Below, piece by piece: positions 40,996 through 52,654 of a stretch of DNA of 64,000 nucleotides (position 1 is its first letter; each line of letters begins with the position of its first letter). The stretch lies in NCBI GenBank assembly GCA_009914755.4, contig CP086569.2, forward strand, positions 13,920,001 through 13,984,000, in the 5' to 3' direction. Under the pieces are notes generated by a model, which saw only the letters and a list, made by a program, of their open reading frames with translations, was not told the origin of the DNA and ran no database searches. The stretch comes from the human T2T-CHM13v2.0 reference genome, Homo sapiens. The translations under genes were made by a program, and so were the position numbers.

Positions 40996-41450
40996 TACAC
41001 ATACACAGAACAAACTAAGGCAGAACATTACTTTGGTTTCTTGACTGGTGTAGTGAGGACTATGATGGATAAAAAGGCCAAGTGGAAGCCACTAGAACTG
41101 CCTGTATCTGGAAAACTTGTAAACAAAAAGAAGCACTAAATTACTGGGGGAACTACAAAGATTGCCATCACTATGAATGACCTAAAGATGCAGGTATGAT
41201 GATGGCATGGTGATTCCTACCACATCTCCATTGAGGTCTCATATTTGACTCTCCTATTTGGCCTTTGAAGAATAAAAGCAGACTTGGCTTCAGGTGGATA
41301 TTGGAGAATGACAATGGATTATCATAAACTTAAGTACCGGGTTATTCCAGTTACAGCTGTTGTACCAGATACGGTTTGATTGTTTGAACAAATTAATACC
41401 TCCCCTGAAACCCAGTATGCAGCCATCAATCTGCATCTTTTTCTTTATCC

Positions 41451-41774
41451 TTGTTTATAGAGGCCACCAGAAGCAATTGTCTTTCAGCCTGCAAGGTCAA
41501 TGATAACATCCCCACCGTCCTAACCAACCGTCCAGTCCTATGTCATAGTTTAGTCTGCAAATATCTTGGTTACGTTTTTCTTCCACTAGGTATCACATTG
41601 ATTCATTACATGGATGACGTTATGCTAATTGGACCTAGAAGTAGCAACTACTCTAGACTTGCAAGAAATTTGTGTGTTAGCAGATGGGAAATAAATCTGT
41701 CAAAAATTCAAGGCTTTTCTATTTCATGTAAATTTCTAGGGTTCCAGTGGTATAAAAAGTTCCTTCTATGGTGA
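41451..41774 (+). pseudogene. ERVL reverse-transcriptase remnant (YMDD catalytic motif)
   Basis: ORF gives MFIEATRSNCLSACKVNDNIPTVLTNRPVLCHSLVCKYLGYVFLPLGITLIHYMDDVMLIGPRSSNYSRLARNLCVSRWEINLSKIQGFSISCKFLGFQW. Confidence 0.6.
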
Positions 41775-44700
41775 AGTTGTTAAGTTATTGAATCTTGCCC
41801 ATCTCAAAACTAAAAGACAGCAAAAGGCCTAGTGGGCCTCTTTGAATTTTGAAGGCAACATACTCATCACTTGATTGAGCTACTATGGCTCTTCTACTGA
41901 GTGACCTGTAAAGTTGGCAGTTGACTAACATCCAGAAAAGTAAACATTTCTACAAGTCCAGGCTGCTATGCAAGCTGCTCTGACAAAATAGTAGCATAAA
42001 TGCTTACTCATGGGCCACCAAGTTACCATGCAATCAGAGCTGCCTGTCATACACTTGGTGTTATTGACTAAACCAAACCATATATTTGGGCATACACAAA
42101 AGCACTCTATTATTAAGTGGAAGTGCTATACACAAATCTGGGACCAAGCAGGTTATAAAGGTACAAGTATATTACATGAAGAAGCTGCCCAAATTCTTAT
42201 GATCCTCATTCCTACCACACTGCCTTCTCTCTCTCAGCATATATTTATGGCCCTATGGGGATTTCCTCATACTCAGCTGACAAAAGAAGAGAAGACTTGG
42301 GCTTGTTTTATAAGTGGCTCTCCCATTATGCAGGCACAACCTTAAAGTAGGCAACTGTGGTACTACTGGGACATCTCTGAAGGACAGTGGTGAAGGAAAA
42401 TACTTTAAGTGGAAAAATCTTTGAGTGGTGCAACTGGATGTTCATTTTTCTTGGAAAGATAAATGGTGAGATGTAAAATTGTATGCTTATTCATGGGCTG
42501 TGGCCAGTGGTTTGGCAACTTGGAATTAACATAACTGCAAAATTGGTAACAAGGGGTTCTCAGGAAGATACATGTGGACAGACCTCTCCAGATAGCAAAA
42601 TATGTGAAGATATTTGGGTTCCATGTGAATACTCACCAAAGGCTAACCTCAAAACAGGAGGATTTTAATAATAAACTGGATAGGATAATCCATTCTGTGG
42701 ATACTGGTCAGCCTCTTTCTTCAGACAGCACACCTATCATTGCCTAATTCATTCATGAAAAAAAAGTGGTCATGAATGAAAGGGTTGGAAGGGTTGAAGA
42801 TTTTGCATGGTCTTCTGAATATGGACTTCAGCCTACAAGCCTGGCTACAGACACTGCTGGATGTCCAAATTAAAACAGCAAACGTGAACACTGAGTTGGT
42901 CTCATACAGTACATTTCTCCCACGTAATCAGCCAGATTCTTATGGGAAGGGGGCTGCTTCCATCATGAAAGGTGAAACATTTTTCTTTACTAGAATAAAT
43001 ACATACCGTGGATATAGATCCACCTCTGTTTACACAATGCTTCTGTCAAAATTACCATCTGTGGACTTACAAGATGCTTTGCAAATTTAGTGGTATTCCA
43101 CACAGTATTGTTTCTGATTAAGGAACTCCTTTCACAGCAAATGAAGTTCAGTAACAGATCTAGGATCCTAGAATTTTCTGGTCTTACCTTGTATCTCATT
43201 ACTCCAAAGCAGCTGGATTGACAAAATGAGAAATGGCTTTTTGAAGACGTATACAGTGACAGCTAAGTGGCAATACCTAGCAGAACTGGGACGTGGTTTT
43301 CCAGGAGGCTGTATATGCTCCAAATCAGCATCCAGTGTATGGTGCTATTGCTCACAGAGCTAGGACTCACGGACCCAGAAATCAAGGGGTGCAAATGGTA
43401 GTAACACGAGTTACTATTATCCTTATATGACCCATTAGGAAAATACATTCTCCCTGTACCTGAACATTATTCTTTTCTGGCTTTCAGGCCTCAGTTTTAA
43501 AATTAGAAATGCTGGTCAGCAAGATGTTAGAATAGAAGGTCCTCAAAGTGTGCCACCCCCAGAAATAAACATGAAGTGGCCACCCTTGGACAAAAGTATC
43601 TAATATAAGCCTACTGATCCACATAGTAGGATGCAAAATTCCTGTGGAGCCCAAGACCAAGGAGGGATGCTCCCTGATGTAGGTCCACCACCAATGGTTC
43701 TGGTTGTGAACAAGAAGCAGCCCTATTTCTTTGTGAACTCAGCCAAACGCCACCCATTTCTTGTCCTCTGCCAAGGGACCCAGGAGAAGTCAAATTGATC
43801 TGTGCCCCTGGTAACAGGACTACCAACCTCAGACCTGATTGCATTTCCTGAAGCATCTCTGTGACCCATTTCCTCCCTGCTCTGCCACAGTCTGCAGCCA
43901 GTACTTCTCACAAAGGGATCAGTAAGGAACCCAACAGGAATGTGCTCAGGGAAACAAAAAAGCCATATCCAACTCCTAAATGTGCTCTTGATAACAGTCT
44001 TGCCAACTGCAGATCTGACTGTGAACCCAACAACATACTTAAAAATGGCACCAGCCTCATTTGACCGTAATACCAGAGGCAATCCCGTCGGTCTTCAGTG
44101 CTAGCAAGAGAAGACCTTTATTTTTTTTTCTTTTTCAACTTTTAAGTATTGTGGTACACGTGGAGGCTGTGCAGGTTATGTAGGTAAATGTGTGCCATGG
44201 TGGTTTGCTGCACAGATCATCCCATCACACAGATATTAAACCCAATGTCCATTAGCTGTTCTTCCTGATTCTCTTCTTCCCCCTCAACTGTTGACAGGCC
44301 CCAGTGTGTGTTGTTCCTCCCCATGTATCCCTGTGTTCTCATCATTCAGCTCCTATTTATAATTGAGAACATGCAGTATTTGGTTTTCTCTCCCTGTGTT
44401 AGTTTGCTGAGGATAATGGCTTCCAGCTCCGTCCATGTCTCTGCAGATGACATGATCTCATTCTTTTCTATGACTGCATAGTATTCCATGGTGTATATGG
44501 AACACATTTTCTTTATCCAGTCTATCATTGATGGGCATTTAGGTTGATATCATGTCTTTGCTATTTTAAATAGTGCTGCAAATGAACATAACATGTGTAT
44601 GGACCTTTATAATAGAATGATTTCTATTCCTTTGGGTATATACTCAGTAACGGGATTGTTGGGTCAAATGGTATCTGTGCCTCTAGGTCTTTGAGGAATT

Positions 44701-45317
44701 GAACACTGTCTTCCACAATGGTTGAACTAATGTACATTCCCACCAACAGTGTAAAAGTGTCCCTTCTCCTCAACCTCATGAGCATCTGTTATTTTTAAAT
44801 TTTTAATTATAGCCATTCTGACTTGTGTGAGATGGCATCTCATTGTGGTTTTGATTTGCATTTCTCTAACAATCAGTGATGTTGAGCTTTTTTCCATGTT
44901 TGTTGGCCACATGTATGTCTTCTTTTGAGAAGTGTTTGTTCATATTCTTTTCCCACTTTTGATGGGATTTTTTTTGTTTTTTTTCTTGTAAATTTGGTTT
45001 CAGTTCCTTGTATACTCTGGATGTTACACCTTTGTCAGATAGATAGATTGCAAAAATTTTCTCCCATTTTGTAGGTTGTCAGTTTAGTCTGATATTTTCT
45101 TTTGCTATGCAGAAGCTCTTCAGTTTGATTAGATCCCATTTGACAATGTTTGCTTTTGTTGCAGTTACTTTTGGCATTTTTGTCATGAAATCTTTGCCCA
45201 TGCCTATGTCCTGAATTATATTGCCTAGATTTTCTACTAAGGTTTTTATAGTTTTGGGGTTTACATTTAAGTCTTTAATCCATCTTGACTTAATTTTTGT
45301 ATATGGTATAAAGAAGG

Positions 45318-45660
45318 GGACCGGGCGTGGTGGCTCATATGTCTGTGATTCCAGTACTTTGGGAGGCAGAGGTGGGTGGATCACGAGGTCAGCAGTTCGA
45401 GACCAGCCTGGCCAACATGATAAAACCCCGTCTCTACTAAAAATACAAAAATTAGCTGGGCATGGTGGTGGGTGACTGTAACCTGAGCTACTCGGGAGGC
45501 AGAGGCAGGAGAATCACTTGAAACCAGAAGGCAGAGGTTGCAGTAAGTGGAATGTGCCACTGCATTCGAACCTGGGCAGCAAGAGTGAAACTCCAGCTCA
45601 CACACACAGACACACACGCACACACACACACACACACACATACATACACATACACACACA
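45318..45660 (+). mobile_element. Alu SINE, forward, whose tail has become a (CA)n microsatellite (45598-45660)
   Basis: ggaccgggcgtggtggctcatatgtctgtgattccagtactttgggaggcagaggtgggtggatcacgaggtcagcag ... gagtgaaactccagctcacacacacagacacacacgcacacacacacacacacacacatacatacacatacacacaca. Followed by host L1 sequence (aagaaggggtccagtttcaattttctgcatatg). Confidence 0.9.
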
Positions 45661-47579
45661 AAGAAGAAGGGGTCCAGTTTCAATTTTCTGCATATGAGTA
45701 GCCAGCATTCCTATTTTATTAAACAGGGAGTCCTTTCCCTATTGCTTGTTGTTGTCAAGATTGTTGAAGATCAGAAGATTGTTGGTATGCAGTCTTATTT
45801 TTCAGTTCCTGATTCTGTTTTGTTGGTCTATGTGTCTGTTCTTGTATCAGTACCATGCTGTTTTGGTTACCGTAGCCTCATAGTATAGTTTGAAGTCAGG
45901 TAGCATGATGCCTCCAGCTTTGTTCCTTTGCTTAGGATTGTCTTGGCTATTGAGGCTCTTTTTTGGTTCTATGTGAATTTTAAAATAGTATTTTCTTATT
46001 CTGTGAAGAATGTCTGTGGTAGTTTAATGGGAATAACATTGAATCTCTAAATTACTTGGGGCTATATGGTAATTTTTACAATATTGATCCTTCATATTCA
46101 TGAACATGGAATGTTTCTCCATTTGTTTTTATCCTCTCTGATTTCTTTGAACAGTGGTTTATACTTCTCCTTGAAGAGGTCCTTCATTTCCCTTGTTAGC
46201 TGTATTCCTAGGTATTTTGTTCTTTTTGTAGCAATTGGGAATGGCAATTCATTCATGATTTGTCTCTGGGTTGCATGTTGTTGGTGTATAAGAATACTAG
46301 TGATTTTTGCAATTCATTTTGTATCCTGACACTTTGCTGAAGTTGCTACTGCACGTAAGAAGTTTTTGGGCTGAGACAGTGGGGTTTCCTAAATATAGAA
46401 TTATGTCACTGGCAAACAAAGATAATTTGACTTCCTCTGCTCTTATTTGAATACCCTTTATTTCTTTCTCTTGCCTGATTGTGCCGACTTCCAATTCTAT
46501 GTTGAATAGAGTGGTAAGAAAGGCCATCCTTGTCTTGTGCCTTGATTTGTGCCTTTTCAAGGGGAATGCTTCCAGCTTTTGCCCATTCAGCATGAAATTG
46601 GCTGTGGGCTTGCCATATATGAGTCTTATTATTTTGAGGTATGATCCTTCAATACCTAGTTTATTGAGTGTTTTTAAAATAAAGGTATGTTGAATATTAT
46701 CAAAGGCCTTTTCTGCATCTATTGAGATAATCATGTGGTTTTTGGCTTTAGTTCTGTCTACATGATGAATTACATTTATTGTTTTGCATATGTTGAACCA
46801 ACATTCTGGAAATGAAGCTAGTTTGACTGTGGTAGACAATCTTTTGATGTGCTGCTGGATTCAATTTGCCATTATTTTATTGAGATTTTTTGCACCAGTG
46901 TTCATCATGAATAATGGTCTGAAGTTTTCTTTTATCTCTGCCAGGTTTTGGTATCAGGATGATGCTGGCCTTATACAGTGAGTTAGGGAGGAGTCCCTCC
47001 TTTTTAAGTTTTTGGAATAGTTTCAGTAGAAATGACACCAGCTCTTCTTTATACATCTAATAAAATTCAGCTGTGAATCTATCTGGCCCTGTTTTTTATG
47101 TTGTTTATAAGCTATTTATTACTGCCTCAATTTCAGAACTTGTTATTATCTTTTCAGAGATTCAGTTTCTTCCTGGTTTAGTCTTGGGAAGGCTTAAGTT
47201 TCCAGGAATTTATTCTTTTCTTATAGATTTTTGTTTTTAGTTTATGTGCATAGAGGTGTTAATAGCATTCTCTGATGGTTGGTTTGTATTTCTGTGGGGT
47301 CAGTGGTGATATCCCTTTTTATCATATCTGATTGTGTTTATTTGATTATTCTCTCATGTTTACTAGTCTAGCTAGAAGTCTATCTATGTTATTAATTTTT
47401 TCAAAACACCAGCTCCTGGAATAATTTATTTTTTGAAGGGTTTTTTATGTCTCTATCTTCTTCAGTTCTGCTCTGATTTTGGTTATTTGTCTTCTAGCTT
47501 TGGGATGTGTTTGCTCTTGGTCCTCTATTTCTTTTAGTTTAGATGTTTGGTTGTTAACTTGAAATCCTTCTAGCTTTTC

Positions 47580-47885
<306 letters not shown>

Positions 47886-49196
47886 CCTTCTAGCTTTTTG
47901 ATGTGAGCATTTAGTGCTATAAAATTTTCTCAACACTGTTTTAGCTGCATCCCAGAGATTCTGGTATATTGTCTCTTTGTTCTCATTAGTTTCAAATAAT
48001 TTATTGATTTCTGCTTTAATTTCATTGTTTACCCAACAGTCACTCAGGAACAGGTCATTCAGTTTCTATGTAGTTGTGTGGTTTTGAGTGAATTTCTCAA
48101 TCTTGAATTCTACTTTGACTGCACTGCAGTCTGACAGACTGTTTGTTATAATTTCAGCTCTTTTGCATTTGCTGAGGAGTGTTTTACTTCAGATTATTTG
48201 ATCAATTTTAGAGTAAATGCCATACAGCAATGAGAAGAATATATATTCTGTTGAATTTGGGTAGACAGTTCTGCAGATATCTGTCAGGTTTATTTGATCC
48301 AGAGCTGAGTTCAGATCCTGAATATCTGCAAATTATCTGTCTCAAGGATCTGTGTAATATTGTTAATGAGGTGTCAAAGTCTCCCATTATTATCGTGTGG
48401 GAGCCTAAGTCTCCTTGGATATCTCTAAGCACTTGCTTTATGACTCTGTGTGCTCTTGTATTGAGTGCACATATATTTAGGATACAGTTATCTCTTCTTG
48501 TTGAGTTGAACATTTTACCATTATGTAATGCCCTTCTTTGTCTTTTTTGGTCTTTGCTGGTTTAAAGTCTGTTTTGTCAGAAACTAGGATTGCAACTCTT
48601 GCTTCTTTCTGTTTTCCATTTGCTTGGTAAATTTTCCTCCATCCCTTTATTTTGAGCCTATGCATGTCTTTGCATGTGAAATGGGTCTCTTGAAGACAGC
48701 ATACAGATGGGTCCTGGCTCTTTTTTCTGCTTGCCATTATCTTTTAATTGTGGCATTTGGCCTATGTAAACTTGAGGTTAGTATTGTTATGTGTGAATTT
48801 GATTCTGTCATCATTATGCTAGTTGGTTATTTTGCAGATTTGTTTATGTAGTTGCTTTATAGTGTCACTGGTCTGTGTAATTCGGTGTGTTTTTGTAGTG
48901 GCTGGTAGCAGTTTTTCCTTTTCATATTTAGTGCTTCTCCTATAGGAGCTCTTGCACATTAGGCCTGGTGTTGATGAATTCCCTTGGCATTTGCTTGTCT
49001 GAAAAGAATCTTATTAGAATCTCCTTCACTTATGAAGCTTAGTTAGGCCAGATATAAGATTTTCAGCTGGAAATTCTTTTTCCTAAGAATGTTGAATATT
49101 GGTTCCCTATCTCTTCTGGCTTATAGAGTATCTGCTGAGAGATCTGCTGTTGGTCTTATGGGTTTCCCTTTGTATGTGACCTGGACTTTCTCTCTG

Positions 49197-50490
49197 GCAA
49201 AACAAAAATTAAATGAAAAAGTTTCTGCACAGCAATAATAAATGAATAATATGCAGACAACTTTTAGCATGGGAGAAAATATTACCAAATTATGATCTGA
49301 GAGCAGACTAATATCCAGAATATACGGGGAACTCAAATAAGTCAACAATAACAAAACAAATAATCAGATTTAAAAGTGAGATAAAGACATGAAAAATATT
49401 TTTCAAAAGAAGATATACTAACTGCCCACAGACATGTGAAGAAATGCTCAATATCACTAATCAGAAATAAATGCAAATTAAGCCCATAATAAGGTATCAT
49501 CTTACATTAGTCAGGATTACTATTATTAAAAATACAAAAAATAAAGGATGATCGTGTGGAGACAAGGGAACTGATACATTGATTGTGGGAAGGTGAATTA
49601 CCATAACCTCTTTTTGGAAAATAATATGGAGATTTCTGAAAAAATAAAAATAGAATAACCATTTGATCCAGAAATGCCACTACTGTGTGGCCAAAGGAAA
49701 AGAAAACATTATATCAAAAAGATACCTGCACTCATATATTTATCACAACACTGTTAACAATAGCAAACATATGGTATCAACGTATTTGTCCATCAGTGGA
49801 TGATTAAAATATGAAGATGTGGTATATGTGCACAATGGAATACTATGCAGTGATAAAAAAAAAAAGAGAAATCAGGCTGAGTGCAGTAATCCCAGCATTT
49901 GGGGAGGCCAAGGCAGGTGGATCACCTGAGGTCAGGAGTTTGTGACCAGCCTAACATTTTGAAACTCCGTCTCTACTAAATACAAAAAAATTAGCTGACT
50001 GTGGTGGCACGTGCCTGTAATCCGAGCTACTTGGGAGGCTGAGACAGGAGAATTGCTTGTACCCAGGAGGCAGAGGTTTTAGTAAGCCAACATTATGCCA
50101 TTGCACTACAGCCCAGACAACAATAGTGAAATTCCATCTCAAAAAAAAAAAAACACACCCAAAAAACAAACAAATGAAATCATGTCTTTTCCAGCAAGCA
50201 ACATGAATGAATCTGGAGATCATTTTCTGAAGTGAAACAAATATCTCTGGTATATGTGAGAGCTAACTAACATATACACATGAGTATAGAGAATAAAAAG
50301 ATAGACAACAAAGACTCAGAAAAGTAAGGGGATGAAGAGAGAGCATGATGAAAAATTACCTAATAAGTACAATGTATATATTTAGATTATGAATACCATA
50401 GAAGCTCTGACTATCCATACAATCCATGTGTGTAATAAAATTGCATATCTAAGTCATGCAATTATAACTTGTATAAATTTATACAAAATT
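49197..50490 (+). mobile_element. Old L1 (L1M-like) ORF2 C-terminal/3' region, sense, split by an Alu
   Basis: Diverged sense ORF2 C-terminal blocks (gcccataataaggtatcatcttacattagtcaggattactattattaaaaatac; ccatttgatccagaaatgccactactg; caatggaatactatgcagtgataaaaaa). Much more diverged than the adjacent minus-strand L1PA. Confidence 0.55.
49874..50153 (+). mobile_element. Alu SINE, forward, 5' truncated
   Basis: ggctgagtgcagtaatcccagcatttggggaggccaaggcaggtggatcacctgaggtcaggagtttgtgacc ... cattgcactacagcccagacaacaatagtgaaattccatctcaaaaaaaaaaaaa. Confidence 0.9.
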
Positions 50491-50559
50491 AAAAGATAAT
50501 AAGTGTAAACATGCTTTCTTTTTTAAAACAAAAATTTCAGTTTCTCACTCTTAATAATG

Positions 50560-52385
50560 AATAAAATATCAAGGCAGGAAATCAGTAAGGAAGGAGCAGA
50601 CTTGAATATTATGGAGCTGGCAGATATAGAACACTCCATCAAACAGCAGAGTTGAACATTAATAAACCTGGCAAATACAGAACGTTCCATCAAACAGCAG
50701 AGAACGCATAGACTTCTCTAGTTTGTACAAAACATTCTCAAGAACAGAGCATATTAGCGCACTAAACATGTCTTCACAATTTTAAGAAGACGGAGATCAT
50801 ATCAAGTCTCCTTTCAAATAACAATATTATGAAACTCTAACTCAGTATGAGATAACATAAGCTTAAACAAAAAAAGAATAAAAAATATTTAAAAGTAATA
50901 AAAAATGTAAAAAAAAATTGACACAAACAAAAATGGAAATACAACCTACCAAAACTGTGGGATTCAGCAAAGGCAGTTTCAGGAGGGAAATCTGAAATAA
51001 GAACTATCTAAATATTTTGAAAAATAACCTCCAAAAAAAAAGAAAAAACAACAGCCAACTTTCACTCAACTAACTAGAAAAAGAAGACCAAAGTTAGCAT
51101 AAGGAAAGAGCAGAAAAAATTAAATAGGGAATAAGATTAATAGAAAAATTTGATAAAATACAGAATTAGTTTTTGAAAAGATAAACAAAATTGAGAACCT
51201 GTGGCTGAATTATGAATAAAGAGGGAAGACTCAGATAAAATCAGAAGTGAGAAAGGAGACATCACAACTGATACCACATAAATACAGAGGATTACAAAAG
51301 ACTGCTATGAACAGTTACATACCAAGAAATTGGATAAACTTGAAGAGACAGATAAGTTCCCAGAAATATACAGCCTAGGAAAACTAAATCACGAAGAAAC
51401 AGAAAATCTGTATAGAACAATAATTAGTAAAGAGGTCAGATCAGGACTCAAAAACTTTCCAATAGAAAAGAGGACTTAGTGGCTTTGGTGGTAAATTTTA
51501 GTAAAGATATAAATAATAATTAATGCAAATCCTCAAACTCTAGTTTTTCTCAATTCGTTTAAGTAGGCCTGCATTACCTGATACAAAAAGCAGGCAAGGA
51601 CATCACAAGAAAAGAACATTGTAGGCCAATAACCCTGACAAACAGATGCAAAAACCTTTGACAACATTCTAGCAAAGTAAATTCAAAAGCAGAGTAAAAG
51701 GACTATACATAATAATGCTGTATAATTTAACCCTGAGATACAAGGATAGTTTTAATATGTGTAAATCAATAAATGTGATATACCATAGCAACAGAATGAA
51801 GGACAAAAACTGTGTAATCATCTCAACAGATATAGAAAAGCATTTGGTAAAATTCAACATCCTTTCATGCTAAAAACTCTGACTGAATTATGTATAGAAG
51901 AAATGTACCTCAATGTAATGAAGTAAAAAGGCCATAGATAAATTATATTCATGGTGAAAACATGAAAGCTTTTTCTTATAGATCAGAAAAAAACAAAGAC
52001 ATTTCTCTCACCAGTTCCATTCATCATAGTTTTAGAAGATATATTCAGAGCAATTAGGCAAGAAAAAAAAAGAACATTCAAATTAGAAAAGAAGTAAAAT
52101 TACAGATGACATAATTATTTACATAGAAAACCCTAAAGACTTTGCCCAAAAATTGTTAGAACTAAAAAGTAAATTCAATAAAGTTAGAGGTTACAACATG
52201 AACAATAAAAATTAATTGTGTTTCTGTATATTATCAGCAAATTATCTAGAAGAGAAATTAAGAAAACAATCCCATTTAGAGGAACATGAAAAAGAATAAA
52301 CTACTTAGAAATAAATTTATCAAAGAAAGTGAGAGATTTGTACAATGAAAACTAAAAATATTGATGAGTAAATTTTATAACAAAT
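50560..52385 (+). mobile_element. Ancient L1 (L1M-like) ORF2 segment (EN end through RT), sense, highly diverged
   Basis: Diverged ORF2 blocks (catctcaacagatatagaaaagcatttggtaaaattcaacatcctttcatgctaaaaactctgactgaatta = ISTDIEKAFGKIQHPFMLKTL; ccagttccattcatcatagttttagaagatatattcagagcaattaggcaagaaaaa). Confidence 0.5.
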
Positions 52386-52389
52386 TTTA

Positions 52390-52654
52390 GGCCAGGTGCA
52401 ATGACTGATGCCTGTATTCCCAACGCTTTGGGAGGCTGATGTGGCCAGATCACCTGAGGTCAAGAGTTCAAGACCAGCCTGGCCAATGTGGTGAAACTAT
52501 GGCAGCACAGGTCTGTAATCCCAGCTACTCAGCAGGCTGAGGCAGGAGAATGGTGTGAACCCAGGAGGCAGAGTTTGCAGTGAGCCGAGATTGCGCCACT
52601 GCACTCCAACCTGGGCTACAGGGCAAGACTCCGTCTCAAAAAAAAAAAAAAAAC
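52390..52654 (+). mobile_element. Alu SINE, forward, with internal deletion of the mid A-rich/right-arm start
   Basis: ggccaggtgcaatgactgatgcctgtattcccaacgctttgggaggctgatgtggccagatcacctgaggtcaagagttcaagaccagcctggccaatgtggtgaaactatggcagcacaggtctgtaatcccagctactcagcaggctgagg ... ctacagggcaagactccgtctcaaaaaaaaaaaaaaa. Confidence 0.85.

Larger units (their letters stand above)
40230..44100 (+). mobile_element. ERVL (class III endogenous retrovirus) internal region: gag-like, protease/RT, RNase H, integrase. Degenerate; no recognisable LTRs in the window.
   Basis: Translated blocks match the ERVL pol signature. Examples: PIWPLKNKSRLGFRWILENDNG...YRKLN (about 41260-41340); VLPLGITLIHYMDDVMLIGP with the YMDD motif; KIQGFSISCKFLGFQW (ORF 41451-41774); integrase core GIPHSIVSD.GTPFTANEVQ at about 43090-43150. 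Many stops and frameshifts. Confidence 0.6.

Noticed and set aside
45381-45683. ORF with a long VCVCVCVC run (100 aa, minus strand)
   Set aside because: It is a translation of the (CA)n microsatellite at the Alu tail.
49150-49260. Second antisense-ORF1/sense-ORF2 junction at 49196/49197, considered as another twin-priming event
   Set aside because: The sense piece (49197-50490) covers the ORF2 C-terminus, which is also present in the antisense element, so the L1 coordinates overlap. It is also far more diverged (L1M-like). This is an L1PA inserted next to or into an older L1M, not a twin-primed single insertion.
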